Source: an uncultured Treponema sp. | GTDB taxonomy: Bacteria; Spirochaetota; Spirochaetia; Treponematales; Treponemataceae | Assembly (NCBI GenBank): GCA_900319625.1 | Contig: ONPD01000002.1 | Location: 196,367 to 260,366 of the forward strand | Direction: 5' to 3' | DNA: 64,000 nt | Shown: positions 1 to 9,300 of the stretch, one piece after another | Layout: each line of letters begins with the position of its first letter | Position numbering within the stretch: the first letter of the stretch is position 1 | The notes under the pieces: generated by a model | Seen by the model: only the letters and a program-made list of their open reading frames with translations | Told to the model about the DNA's origin: nothing | Databases searched by the model: none | Program-made: the position numbers and the translations under genes

Positions 1-808
1 CGTTGAAGCCTACGGACTGGGCAATTTCGGTGATGGATTTTTCGCTGTCTTTTAATAGCTTTGCGCTTTTTTCGATTCTGAACTGGATGATGTAGTCAAA
101 AATGCTGGTATTCATACTGCGTTTGAAAAGGCGGCAGCATTCTTCTTTACAAAGACTGATTTTTGAGGCTATGTCATCCAGGGTAATTTTATTTTCGTAA
201 TTTAATTCTATATATGTGATGATGGAACGCAGGCGTTCAAAGTCAATGTTGCTTTCCAGTGCAGGCTGGGGGATGTTCTTGCGGTGGGCAAAAATTACCT
301 TCCAGAATTTCTGCAGGCAGATTACGATTTCCAGTTCCTTTTCTTCTGATTTTGAAGCGTTGATTTCTATCAGTTCTTTTATTATCTGAATAACTTCCCT
401 GTGCCATTCTTCGCTTCCGTCAAAAACTATGCTGGGAAAATAAAAGTCCTGAACAATGGGCTTTACGAATTTTGAATAGATTATGCTGTCTTCAAAGCCG
501 TAAATCACTTTGGGGTCAAAGGTTGTGGCAATGTAGTCGCAGTTGCTGCCCTCTATCATACTGCCCGAGTGCATGATTCCCGCATTGCAGAAAATCGCGT
601 CCCCTTCCTTCAGTTTGTATTCCTCGTTATTGATTTTATAAAGGATTTTGCCGCTGGTAATCAGGGTCAGCTCGATTTCCGGGTGCCAGTGCCACATAAA
701 AGAGCCGGCTTCATATTTACGAAGACTTTCGTAGCTTACTAAAACCGGGAACTTGTAGTCACCGTGAGCTTTTGTTTCTTTTTGAAGGGAATTTGTTTCA
801 ATCTGCAT
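1..808 (-). CDS. AraC-family transcriptional regulator with cupin sensor domain (3' end outside window)
   Basis: Not in ORF track; read manually from ATG at 808: MQIETNSLQKETKAHG...FMWHWHPEIEL (cupin) ... SEKSITEIAQSVGFN (AraC HTH); divergent from galK. Confidence 0.9.
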   Translation of the reverse strand, partial: MQIETNSLQKETKAHGDYKFPVLVSYESLRKYEAGSFMWHWHPEIELTLITSGKILYKINNEEYKLKEGDAIFCNAGIMHSGSMIEGSNCDYIATTFDPKVIYGFEDSIIYSKFVKPIVQDFYFPSIVFDGSEEWHREVIQIIKELIEINASKSEEKELEIVICLQKFWKVIFAHRKNIPQPALESNIDFERLRSIITYIELNYENKITLDDIASKISLCKEECCRLFKRSMNTSIFDYIIQFRIEKSAKLLKDSEKSITEIAQSVGFN

Positions 809-898
809 AACTTCTCAAAATAATACCTGATATTTGCTAATTTTATCATAGTATTATTCAAAATACCACTTATAATTAAGATGAAAGGAGATTCTTTT

Positions 899-2161
899 AT
901 GACACCATCAAAAAAATCATTGGAAAACATTTACGGTTCAGACGGACTTGCAGCCGCTGAAAAACGCTTTGAAAATATTTCTTCACTTTTTACTAAGGCT
1001 TTCGGCTCGGACAAAATGGAGTTTTTTACTGCTCCTGGCCGTACTGAGGTAATCGGAAACCACACTGATCACAACGGCGGAAAGGTAATTGCTGGAAGCA
1101 TCACTCTGGATACAATCGGTGCGGCTTATCCTAATGGTACAGACGAAATCAATATTCTCAGCGAAGGCTTTGATGAGGTTGTAAAATTCAATATCAGCGA
1201 TGTGGAAAGCGTTCCAAAATGCCAGGGCAGCCTTTCACTTGTTGCCGGTATGGTTAGCGCAATCAAAAAATTCGGACACAAGGTTGGCGGCTTCAATCTT
1301 TATACTTCTACAACTGTAATTGCAAGTGCGGGCGTAAGCTCTTCGGCTGCCTTTGAAATGCTGGTATGTTCAGTAATTAACTACTTCTTCAATGACAATA
1401 AACTCAGCATTGTTGACTACGCAAAAATCGGACAGAGCGCAGAAAACGTATTCTGGTGCAAGGCTTCCGGACTTATGGATCAGATGGCCTGCGCAGCCGG
1501 TGGAGCAATCAAGCTTGATTTTGCAGACAGCTTTAATAATGGTACCGTTAAATATGAAAAAATCGACCTGGATTTCAAAAAATACGGCTATGACATTGTA
1601 ATCGTAAACACAGGTAAAGGCCACGCAGATTTGAGCGCTGAATATTCAAGCGTTCCTGGCGAAATGCGTGAGGTTGCAAAAGAACTGGGAGTAAAAAATC
1701 TCTGCGAGTCAAGTGTAGAAAAACTGCTTGAAAAAACACCGGACCTTATCGGAAAAGTGAATAATGACCGCGCCCTTCTCCGCGCCTTCCACTTCTTCAA
1801 CGAAACTAACCGCGTAGAACAGATGGCTGATGCAATCGCAAAGGACGACGGAGAAAAAATCCTTAAGCTGGTAGATGCTTCCGGCCGCTCATCATTCGAA
1901 CTGCTTCAGAACTGCTATGTAAACGCTCATCCGGAAGAGCAGAAAATCTCCCTCTGCCTTGCCCTCACCACTCAGTTTATCAACAAGATTGGAAAGGGTG
2001 TTTGCCGCGTTCACGGAGGCGGATTTGCCGGCGTTATCATGGCAATCATTCCAAGCGAGCACGTAAATGAATACATTTCTTATATGGAAGGCTTTGTAGG
2101 AAAGAAAAATGCCTACCTTATGAACATCCGAAAGGTCGGCGCAGCGCACATTGAAAAATAG
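899..2161 (+). CDS. galK: Galactokinase (GHMP family)
   Basis: PGRTEVIGNHTDHNGG, GVSSSAA, SGLMDQ and RVHGGGFAG motifs; AAAGGAG SD before ATG 899. Confidence 0.9.
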   Translation: MTPSKKSLENIYGSDGLAAAEKRFENISSLFTKAFGSDKMEFFTAPGRTEVIGNHTDHNGGKVIAGSITLDTIGAAYPNGTDEINILSEGFDEVVKFNISDVESVPKCQGSLSLVAGMVSAIKKFGHKVGGFNLYTSTTVIASAGVSSSAAFEMLVCSVINYFFNDNKLSIVDYAKIGQSAENVFWCKASGLMDQMACAAGGAIKLDFADSFNNGTVKYEKIDLDFKKYGYDIVIVNTGKGHADLSAEYSSVPGEMREVAKELGVKNLCESSVEKLLEKTPDLIGKVNNDRALLRAFHFFNETNRVEQMADAIAKDDGEKILKLVDASGRSSFELLQNCYVNAHPEEQKISLCLALTTQFINKIGKGVCRVHGGGFAGVIMAIIPSEHVNEYISYMEGFVGKKNAYLMNIRKVGAAHIEK

Positions 2162-2179
2162 AAGCTGTCCTGCAATTTT

Positions 2180-2208
2180 TTGCATTTAGCTCATTCAGGG
2201 GGTATAAT
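2180..2208 (+). promoter_or_regulatory. sigma70-type promoter, leaderless geometry
   Basis: TTGCAT-17 bp-TATAAT, 7 nt before ATG 2216, no SD. Confidence 0.7.
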
Positions 2209-2215
2209 TTTTCTG

Positions 2216-3715
2216 ATGAAGAAGATTATACCCCTTATTTTTTTTACATTTATGACAGTTCAGATTTGTGCCGCTTCAATGGATTCAAAGGTTCGTACAG
2301 TTCCAAAATACACGACAGACCTGGTTTTTACAAATCCGAAAGACGGACTTCCCCAGCTTGTTAAGCATCTTACGACAGGTTCCAGCGTCAACGGCTCGGT
2401 AAAGGCAATTCACGACTGGATTTGCGACAACATAGCTTTTGATGTTGAACTGTATTTTTCAGGTAAGCCTTCAAAGCAGGATTATGAGTCTGTATTAAAG
2501 AAGAAAAAGGCTGTATGTTCCGGCTACACAAATCTTATGACTCAGATGTGCACTCTTGCCGGTATTGAGGCAATCGGAATAGAAGGATATTCAAAAGGCT
2601 TCGGCTATACCGGGCAACTTGGAAGCCAGCCTGACCATGCCTGGAACGCCGTCCGTATGAATGCAAAGTGGCAGCTGATTGATGTGACCTGGGACGCCGG
2701 CTACGTTGACTATAAAACCTACGTAAAAAAATATTCGACTGAATGGTTAACCCGTTCAGCCCAGGAATTTATATTTTCCCACCTCCCTGAAAAAGAAGAA
2801 TACCAGTATCTTACAAAGCCGGTAAGCCGGGAAGACTTTGTAAGGGAACCTTATGTTCCAGGAATCTTTTTTGACCTTGGCCTTGCCTTTGGAAAAGATG
2901 CCCCTTACTACACCAATGAACTTTCCTCTGCCTGCAATTTTGACTTCAAGCTGGTAAAATCAGGCCTTGCAGTTTCCGCCTATCTTGCCGACCTTGGCAA
3001 GGGTTCTGTCATTCCGAATGCAATCTGGGTTGACCGTATGGGAAGCCGTATTGCCGTGGACGCTGACATTCCGGCCGTCGGAAAATACAGGGCCTATATT
3101 ACCGCAAGAAAGAGAGGTGAATTTTCAGTTCCAAGAAATTTCAGCATAAGTGAGTTTGAAAAGAATCTTTTACCCCAGGCTCAAAAGCTTGTTGAAGAAA
3201 AGAAAATTACAGCGGTGGAACTGGAGCATTTTAAGGACTACTATTTTAAGGTTGAAGAAAACGGCCGCTATTATATTAAGGAAGATTTATTTGCTTCGGT
3301 GCGTAACGCGGATGCTGTAAAGGTAATCAGGCTGCTTTTGAAGGACCTTGCCTATTCTGAAAACGTTCTTTATTTTGATTTGATTTCAGCGGAAGATTAC
3401 AGTGGTTTTGGGGCTGGCCATATCCGTTTTCCGTCTGAATACCGCACTTATATGGAAACAAGTAATACCCATCTTGTGTCACCGGTTGCGGGAGTTTTAC
3501 AGAAGGGCAGTAAGCAGCTTTTTCAGGTTGAATCAAGTGATTATGTGGGAATTGCCCTTTCTACCGGAGGAAAACTTATTCCTTTTAAAAAGGACACCGG
3601 CACAAGCTTGTATTCTCTTGAAGCAGAAATCCCCTCAGATTCAGAACAAGTAACGGTTTTTGGCTCGACTAACGGTAAAAATTATGCAGGCCTCTGGTTT
3701 TACAAAACGGAATAA
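2216..3715 (+). CDS. Secreted transglutaminase-like (Cys-His-Asp) domain protein
   Basis: Signal peptide MKKIIPLIFF; AVCSGY, HAWN and LIDVTWD motifs. Confidence 0.85.
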   Translation: MKKIIPLIFFTFMTVQICAASMDSKVRTVPKYTTDLVFTNPKDGLPQLVKHLTTGSSVNGSVKAIHDWICDNIAFDVELYFSGKPSKQDYESVLKKKKAVCSGYTNLMTQMCTLAGIEAIGIEGYSKGFGYTGQLGSQPDHAWNAVRMNAKWQLIDVTWDAGYVDYKTYVKKYSTEWLTRSAQEFIFSHLPEKEEYQYLTKPVSREDFVREPYVPGIFFDLGLAFGKDAPYYTNELSSACNFDFKLVKSGLAVSAYLADLGKGSVIPNAIWVDRMGSRIAVDADIPAVGKYRAYITARKRGEFSVPRNFSISEFEKNLLPQAQKLVEEKKITAVELEHFKDYYFKVEENGRYYIKEDLFASVRNADAVKVIRLLLKDLAYSENVLYFDLISAEDYSGFGAGHIRFPSEYRTYMETSNTHLVSPVAGVLQKGSKQLFQVESSDYVGIALSTGGKLIPFKKDTGTSLYSLEAEIPSDSEQVTVFGSTNGKNYAGLWFYKTE

Positions 3716-3760
3716 TTAGTATTTATTTTTTCGAAAAAACGTGGTATAATGGTTAAACTT

Positions 3761-4441
3761 ATGGAACCAAAATTTAGTGTAGACCAGAAGGTCGTTTATC
3801 CAAGTCAGGGTGTAGGAAAGATTACAGAAATCTTTGAAAAGACATTCAAAGAAAATACAATGCTTTACTACAAGATTTATATTGAAGCATCAGATATGAT
3901 TGTTATGGTGCCTGTAGAAAAAGCAGATGATTTGGGAATCCGCCAGATTGTTACAGCAGAAGAGGCCCAGGAGGCACTTAATCTTCTTTCTGAGGATTTT
4001 GAACCGATTACTTCTGACTGGAAACTCCGCTATCAGATGAACCTTGATTTGCTCAAAAAAGGAACTGTAAAGGATATTGCAACTATTGTCCGCTGTCTTT
4101 ACAACCGAAGCAAGGTAAAAGAGCTTCCTATTCTTGAACGCAAGCTCTACGATTCAGCAAAAAAACTTCTTGAAGATGAAATTTCACTTGCTCTTGGAAA
4201 ATCTGAAAAAGAAATCAGTGATGAAATTCATACAAAACTTGAACCACCAGGATCTACTCCAAAAATCAAGCACGCTGTCATTCTTGATGATGATGAAGAC
4301 GATGACTTGATGAATGATCTGGACGGTTCTTCAAAAGGTAAGGATTCGGATGACGATGAAGATGATGGAGACGATTCAAAATCTTCTGATTCAATGGATT
4401 CCGATGAAGACTTCGACGACGACGATTCAGACTTTGAGTAA
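3761..4441 (+). CDS. carD: CarD-family RNA polymerase-binding regulator with acidic C-terminal tail
   Basis: VVYPSQGVG, DWKLRY; directly upstream of ispD; ATG 3761 chosen because ATG 3749 overlaps the TATAAT box. Confidence 0.9.
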   Translation: MEPKFSVDQKVVYPSQGVGKITEIFEKTFKENTMLYYKIYIEASDMIVMVPVEKADDLGIRQIVTAEEAQEALNLLSEDFEPITSDWKLRYQMNLDLLKKGTVKDIATIVRCLYNRSKVKELPILERKLYDSAKKLLEDEISLALGKSEKEISDEIHTKLEPPGSTPKIKHAVILDDDEDDDLMNDLDGSSKGKDSDDDEDDGDDSKSSDSMDSDEDFDDDDSDFE

Positions 4442-5156
4442 TCCAAAAATTGCAATAATTATTACTGCGGCCGGCTCTTCTACAAGAATGGGCAGCGCGG
4501 TAAAAAAGGAATTTCTTCCTCTTCGCAATGGCACAGTTATTTCAAGCTGTGCCGGTGCATTTTTAAACGCCCTTTCCCCAAAATACGAGATTACAGATTT
4601 TATAATAACCTGCCGGCCAGGTTCGGAAGATGAAACAAAAGAAGCCCTGAAATCCTGCGGATATGACGGGTTTTCCTTTGTGGCAGGTGGAAAAAGCCGT
4701 CAGGAATCGGTTTTTAAGGGACTGCTTGCAGTTGAGGCTCATGGCTGTAATCCTGATATCGTTATGATTCACGACGGTGCCCGCCCCTTTGTTACAGAAA
4801 AAATTATTTTAGAGGGCGTGCAGACAGCTCTTGAGTTTGGAGCCAGCGTTCCGGGCCTTACTCCTACCGATACCCAGAAAGAAATTGACGAAAAGGGAAT
4901 GATTGTCCGTCACCTTGTTCGCAGCAGGCTTGCTGCCGTTCAGACACCCCAGAACTTCAATTTTGCAAAGCTGCTGCAGGCCCATAAAAAAGCCGCTTTG
5001 CAGGTGGAGCAGCTGGCGGCAGGTGGCATAAAAAAAGAATTCACCGACGATACTGAAATCTGGGGTGAATTCTCTGGTAGAGTTAAGGTCTACGAAGGTG
5101 ACATTAGAAATATTAAAATCACCTACCAAAAAGACCTTGATTTTCTGAAGTTTTAA
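4434..5156 (+). CDS. ispD: 2-C-methyl-D-erythritol 4-phosphate cytidylyltransferase
   Basis: AAGSSTRMG, HDGARPF, VQTPQ, TDD and KITY motifs; probable TTG start overlapping carD stop. Confidence 0.9.
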   Translation: MSNPKIAIIITAAGSSTRMGSAVKKEFLPLRNGTVISSCAGAFLNALSPKYEITDFIITCRPGSEDETKEALKSCGYDGFSFVAGGKSRQESVFKGLLAVEAHGCNPDIVMIHDGARPFVTEKIILEGVQTALEFGASVPGLTPTDTQKEIDEKGMIVRHLVRSRLAAVQTPQNFNFAKLLQAHKKAALQVEQLAAGGIKKEFTDDTEIWGEFSGRVKVYEGDIRNIKITYQKDLDFLKF

Positions 5157-5851
5157 TCTGCCAGGCTGTAGACAACAGTCGTAACAACCCTTACTTTTTT
5201 CAAATCCTCCAGTCCCGGTGCCGCATCTTCAATAGAAAAAAGTCCCTGGCTTGCGTTCATGATTTTTCCAACCTTACTGTGGCTGTCACGGGCAAACTGT
5301 TCTGCGGCTTCGCGGGCATTCTGTGTTGCAAGGGCAATCATCTCAGGCTTTATCTGATTAAGGCCGTTAAACTCATAGTTCACCTTTGTATCATAATCTG
5401 TTGTGACTGAAATTCCCTTACCCAGAAGCTCAAGAGTTTTTGTATTTGCAAGCTTTACTTCATTTACTTTTGCAGAACGTACAAAGACAATCTGCTTTGC
5501 GACGTAAACAAATTTCTGGCGTGAAGAATCAATGTAAAGTTCAACCGAAGTATCTGTGATTTCAGGAGCTTTTACGGTGTAGTCCTCTTCGGTAAGACCG
5601 TAGTCGCTTAAAAACTCTGTTACGATTTTTGTCTTAGAAATGATTTCTTTCTGCAGGGAAGGAAGGTCGTTTCCGCCCAGAGAAAACTGAAGCTTCCATA
5701 CAGCCATATCAGCAGGAACTTCGCGTTCTGCAAGGCCGCGCACGCTTACGGTTCTTTTTTCTTTAATTACATTGCCTAATCCTGACGCTATAATTACACT
5801 GGCAAGCAGGGTTGTAAGACAAATAAGAATTGTCTGGATTGTGTTTTTCAT
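5153..5851 (-). CDS. SIMPL (DUF541) domain protein
   Basis: N-terminal TM; RTVSVRGLAEREVPAD, AEQFARDS and KKVRVVTTV motifs. Confidence 0.85.
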   Translation of the reverse strand: MKNTIQTILICLTTLLASVIIASGLGNVIKEKRTVSVRGLAEREVPADMAVWKLQFSLGGNDLPSLQKEIISKTKIVTEFLSDYGLTEEDYTVKAPEITDTSVELYIDSSRQKFVYVAKQIVFVRSAKVNEVKLANTKTLELLGKGISVTTDYDTKVNYEFNGLNQIKPEMIALATQNAREAAEQFARDSHSKVGKIMNASQGLFSIEDAAPGLEDLKKVRVVTTVVYSLAD

Positions 5852-5881
5852 AAATTTTCTCCTGTCTTTTCTATTATAAAA

Positions 5882-6355
5882 CTACTTTGACAGAAGACAA
5901 GTTACAAATGCTTCAACGGCTTCGCTTGTGCCTACAGGAGGAAGTTTTTCCCCGGTTTTAGCCTTAACAAAAACCTGGTCAGGTTCAACCTCAAGAACTT
6001 TTGCAATATTTTCGATTACAGCCTGCCTGTGAGGAATGAATTTTGGTTTTTCAAGCTTTACAACGCAGTCAAGGTTTTCGATTTTCCAGCCGTCAGCAGA
6101 AACTTTTTTCATTACTGTACGCAAAAGCTCAGCTGAATCTGCATCCTTCCACTTAGCTTCTTCCGGGGGGAAAAAGGAGCCAATGTCTCCCAGTCCGCTT
6201 GCACCAAGAACTGCATCTGTAATTGCGTGGAAAAGCACATCCCCGTCGGAATGGCCGTCTTCGCCGCGCTCAAATGGCAGCTCAATTCCGCCCAGTAAAA
6301 GCTTTCTTCCTTCTATTAATCTGTGCAGGTCGTAACCAAGTCCAACTCTAATCAT
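5882..6355 (-). CDS. ispF: 2-C-methyl-D-erythritol 2,4-cyclodiphosphate synthase
   Basis: RVGLGYDLH, GHSDGDV, DIGSFFP and KAKTGE motifs. Confidence 0.95.
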   Translation of the reverse strand: MIRVGLGYDLHRLIEGRKLLLGGIELPFERGEDGHSDGDVLFHAITDAVLGASGLGDIGSFFPPEEAKWKDADSAELLRTVMKKVSADGWKIENLDCVVKLEKPKFIPHRQAVIENIAKVLEVEPDQVFVKAKTGEKLPPVGTSEAVEAFVTCLLSK

Positions 6356-6367
6356 AATTACCCCGGA

Positions 6368-9300
6368 CTACAAATCAGGCATCTGCAAAATCAAATCAAC
6401 CTCGTTTTCCGTGAGGTTTACGCGTTTTGCAATTTCTGCAATTCCCCAGCCCTGTCGTTTAAGGGCGCGCACTGTATCCTTCTTTGCCGGTGCAATACCA
6501 CCAGAAGATTTTACAGGCTCCTTTTTAATCTGGTCTTCTGTAATCTGGCGCAGGGTATTGAACTTGCTGTCCATTTCACGGTTTATAGTGTTGATGTTCA
6601 TTACAGCCTTATCAAGTCCACCCTTTGTGCTCTTGATTGCTTCAATCTGTTCGTTTGTCTTTGAAACAAGGTCATCAAGTTTTTCCAGCTGACCGACTGC
6701 ATTTGTAATTCTAGGACCATTCTGAAGAAGTCGATCTACATTTGACTGAACTTCCTTGATTTCATTTGGAAGGGAAACAATCTGGCGGTTTGCATCGCGG
6801 AGTCTGTCTTCAATTTCCTTAAGGCGGCTGAAGGAAGTATCAACATCCTTTACGATTCTTGTAAGAACTTCATCCTTACGGTCAAGCTTTTCATACTGTT
6901 CTGTCAGGTTTTGAAGCTTTTCGTTGTAATTGCGGACAGTAACTTCCATTGTCTGAAGCTCGTCCTTTGTGTTATTCAAAGCATGAACGTGATTATCTAC
7001 AGCGTCTGCCATCTGGCTGACATTTGTGAAGGCTTGTGAAAGATTATCAATTTTAGATTTCTGGCTTTCAAAAATTGCAATCTGATTAGCAAGGTCATCA
7101 TTCATTTTTACGATTGCATTGTACTGGGAATTGAACTGGTCTGCCGAGTTTTCAAAATCTTCGAGCTTGGAGAAATCTCGTTTTAATGTTTCAATTCCTT
7201 CTTCCAGCTGCTTCTTCATTTGTTCAGCCTTTTCAAAATCCTGGAAGTTTGCCCGTACCTTCTGAACTTCCTTTGCAATTTCGCTGAAGGTCATCTGAAG
7301 GTTATTTGCATCTTCCTGCATTTTCATAACCATCTTAGACTGATTGCTGCGGTTAGCTTCTGCGGCGTTCTGGATTTCCTGCTTGAGGGTTTCGATTTTA
7401 GAAGAAGCATCCTCGTTCTGAGCCTTTACCTTTGCTTCGGTTGTTGTCAGCATATCCTCGTACATCTGGCTCATCTGCTTGATAATCTGTGCAGACTGAC
7501 TTTCATATTCTGTAACCGACTTTTCTGTCTTGTCCTGGAGGGCTTCAATCTGAGCCTTAAGAGCTTCGTGCTGCTGTTTTGCGCTTTCATCGTAAGTCTT
7601 GATGTTCTGCATAAGGCTCTGACCAAGGTTTTCGATTTTGTCCTTTGTCTGAGTCTGGAAGTTTTTGATTTCTTCTTCGTAAACTGCGCTTGATTCATCA
7701 AACTGGCTTCTGATCTGCTGTTTCCAGGTGTTGAATTCAGAGAGGGCCGCATCAATAGAAGATGAACCTGTCTGCTGGCGTGACTGAACAGTTTCCTCGA
7801 AGGTCTTCAAATCCTTTATAAGCTCGCTCTGAGTTTTTTCAAGAGCAGCATGGATTTCAGAAACGCTTCTTTCGATTTCGCGTTTGTAATCGTTCTGGGT
7901 GTTCTGTGTAATTGAAGAGATTGTAGAGCTTGCTTCGTTCTTGAATGCAGCGATCTGTCTCTGAATCTCTGTAATAGCTGACTGTGTTTTTTCTTTTGTA
8001 GAATCGATAGAAGCATTGAGTTTTTCATACTGGCTTGAGGTTCTTTCCTGAATTGCAGAAATTTCTGTTTTGAGATTATCGAGATACTGATTTTCAAGAG
8101 CTTTTCTTGAATCTTCGTAAGTATTTGTAAGGTTTGTGAGTTTTGTATCAAAATCATGTTTCCAGTCTGCAATTTCTGAATCAATCTGGTCATTTTTAGA
8201 AGAAAGATTTTTGTTGAAAGCATCCTCGAATTCCTGAAGCTTGATGCTCATTTTTCCGTTTGCAGTTTCCTTCAAATCATCAAGGTTGCGGTTGATTTCC
8301 GAAAGCTTTGCTTCAACGGCATCTGAATCATCCTGAATTGTCTTAGCAAAGGAGTCGTGCTTTTCCTTCTGCAATACAGTGAAGTTTTCAAAGTCGCGCA
8401 TAACCTTTGCCTGTACCTCTTCCATTGCAGATTTAAGGCTCTTTTCAAGGGAATCGATATCGCCCTGAGAGAACTGAATCTTTGAAAGCTTGTAGTCGAT
8501 GTCCTTTTTGTAAGCAACCAGCTGTTCGTCTGCCTGCTCAAGGATATTCATATGCTTTTCTTCGTTCTGCTCAAGTGCCTTGCGGATTGAATCTGAAACC
8601 TTCTGTGAAAGGTCGTTGAGGCGGTCGCGGGTTTCGTTTTCAAGGCCTTCAATGCTGTCGTAAACCTTTTTGATTTTGCCTTCGATTTCCGGCTGCAGAT
8701 TTTCTGTTCTGCTGGCAGCTTCATCGCACTGGCGCTTGATTTCACGAAGAGAAGATTCTGCCTTTTCGATAGAATCTGTTGTCTGCTGAGAAACTGTATC
8801 CAGAGTCTGATTGAGGGAGTGCTGCAAATCGTAAACCTCGTCCTTGAACTGGGCTGTGCGGTCTGTACATTCCTTGATTTTAGAATCAAGCTCATCTCTG
8901 ATAGAATTGATTTCTGCCTGATATTTCTGCTGGATGTCGCCAAGTTCACCAAGGCGTGTGTTGAATTCACTTTCGAAAGTTGAAAGTTTTGAAGTCCACT
9001 GTGATGTAGCTTCCTGCATTTTTTCATCACTTTTTGCGCTGTAAACCTCAATCTGGTGCAAATCTTCCTGGGCAATTTCAGCAATTTTCTGAGTGTGTGT
9101 AGCTTCAAAGTTGGAAAGAAGAGAATTGAACTTTTCAAGAAGTTTTGCGTGTTCTTCTTCAAAGTTCTGGTTGAATTCACTGATTTTCTTTGTATTTACG
9201 GCTGTTACGCGGTCAAAGGTATTTGAATATTCATTAACCAGTTTTTCATAATCAGCCTTGAATCTGCCTGTAAGGGCTGTAAAGTCGTTTTCGTTCTTTG

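Noticed and set aside
4314-4433. Long N-terminal extension of IspD in the ORF track
   Set aside because: Off-frame read of the carD acidic tail; TTG at 4434 gives a normal IspD
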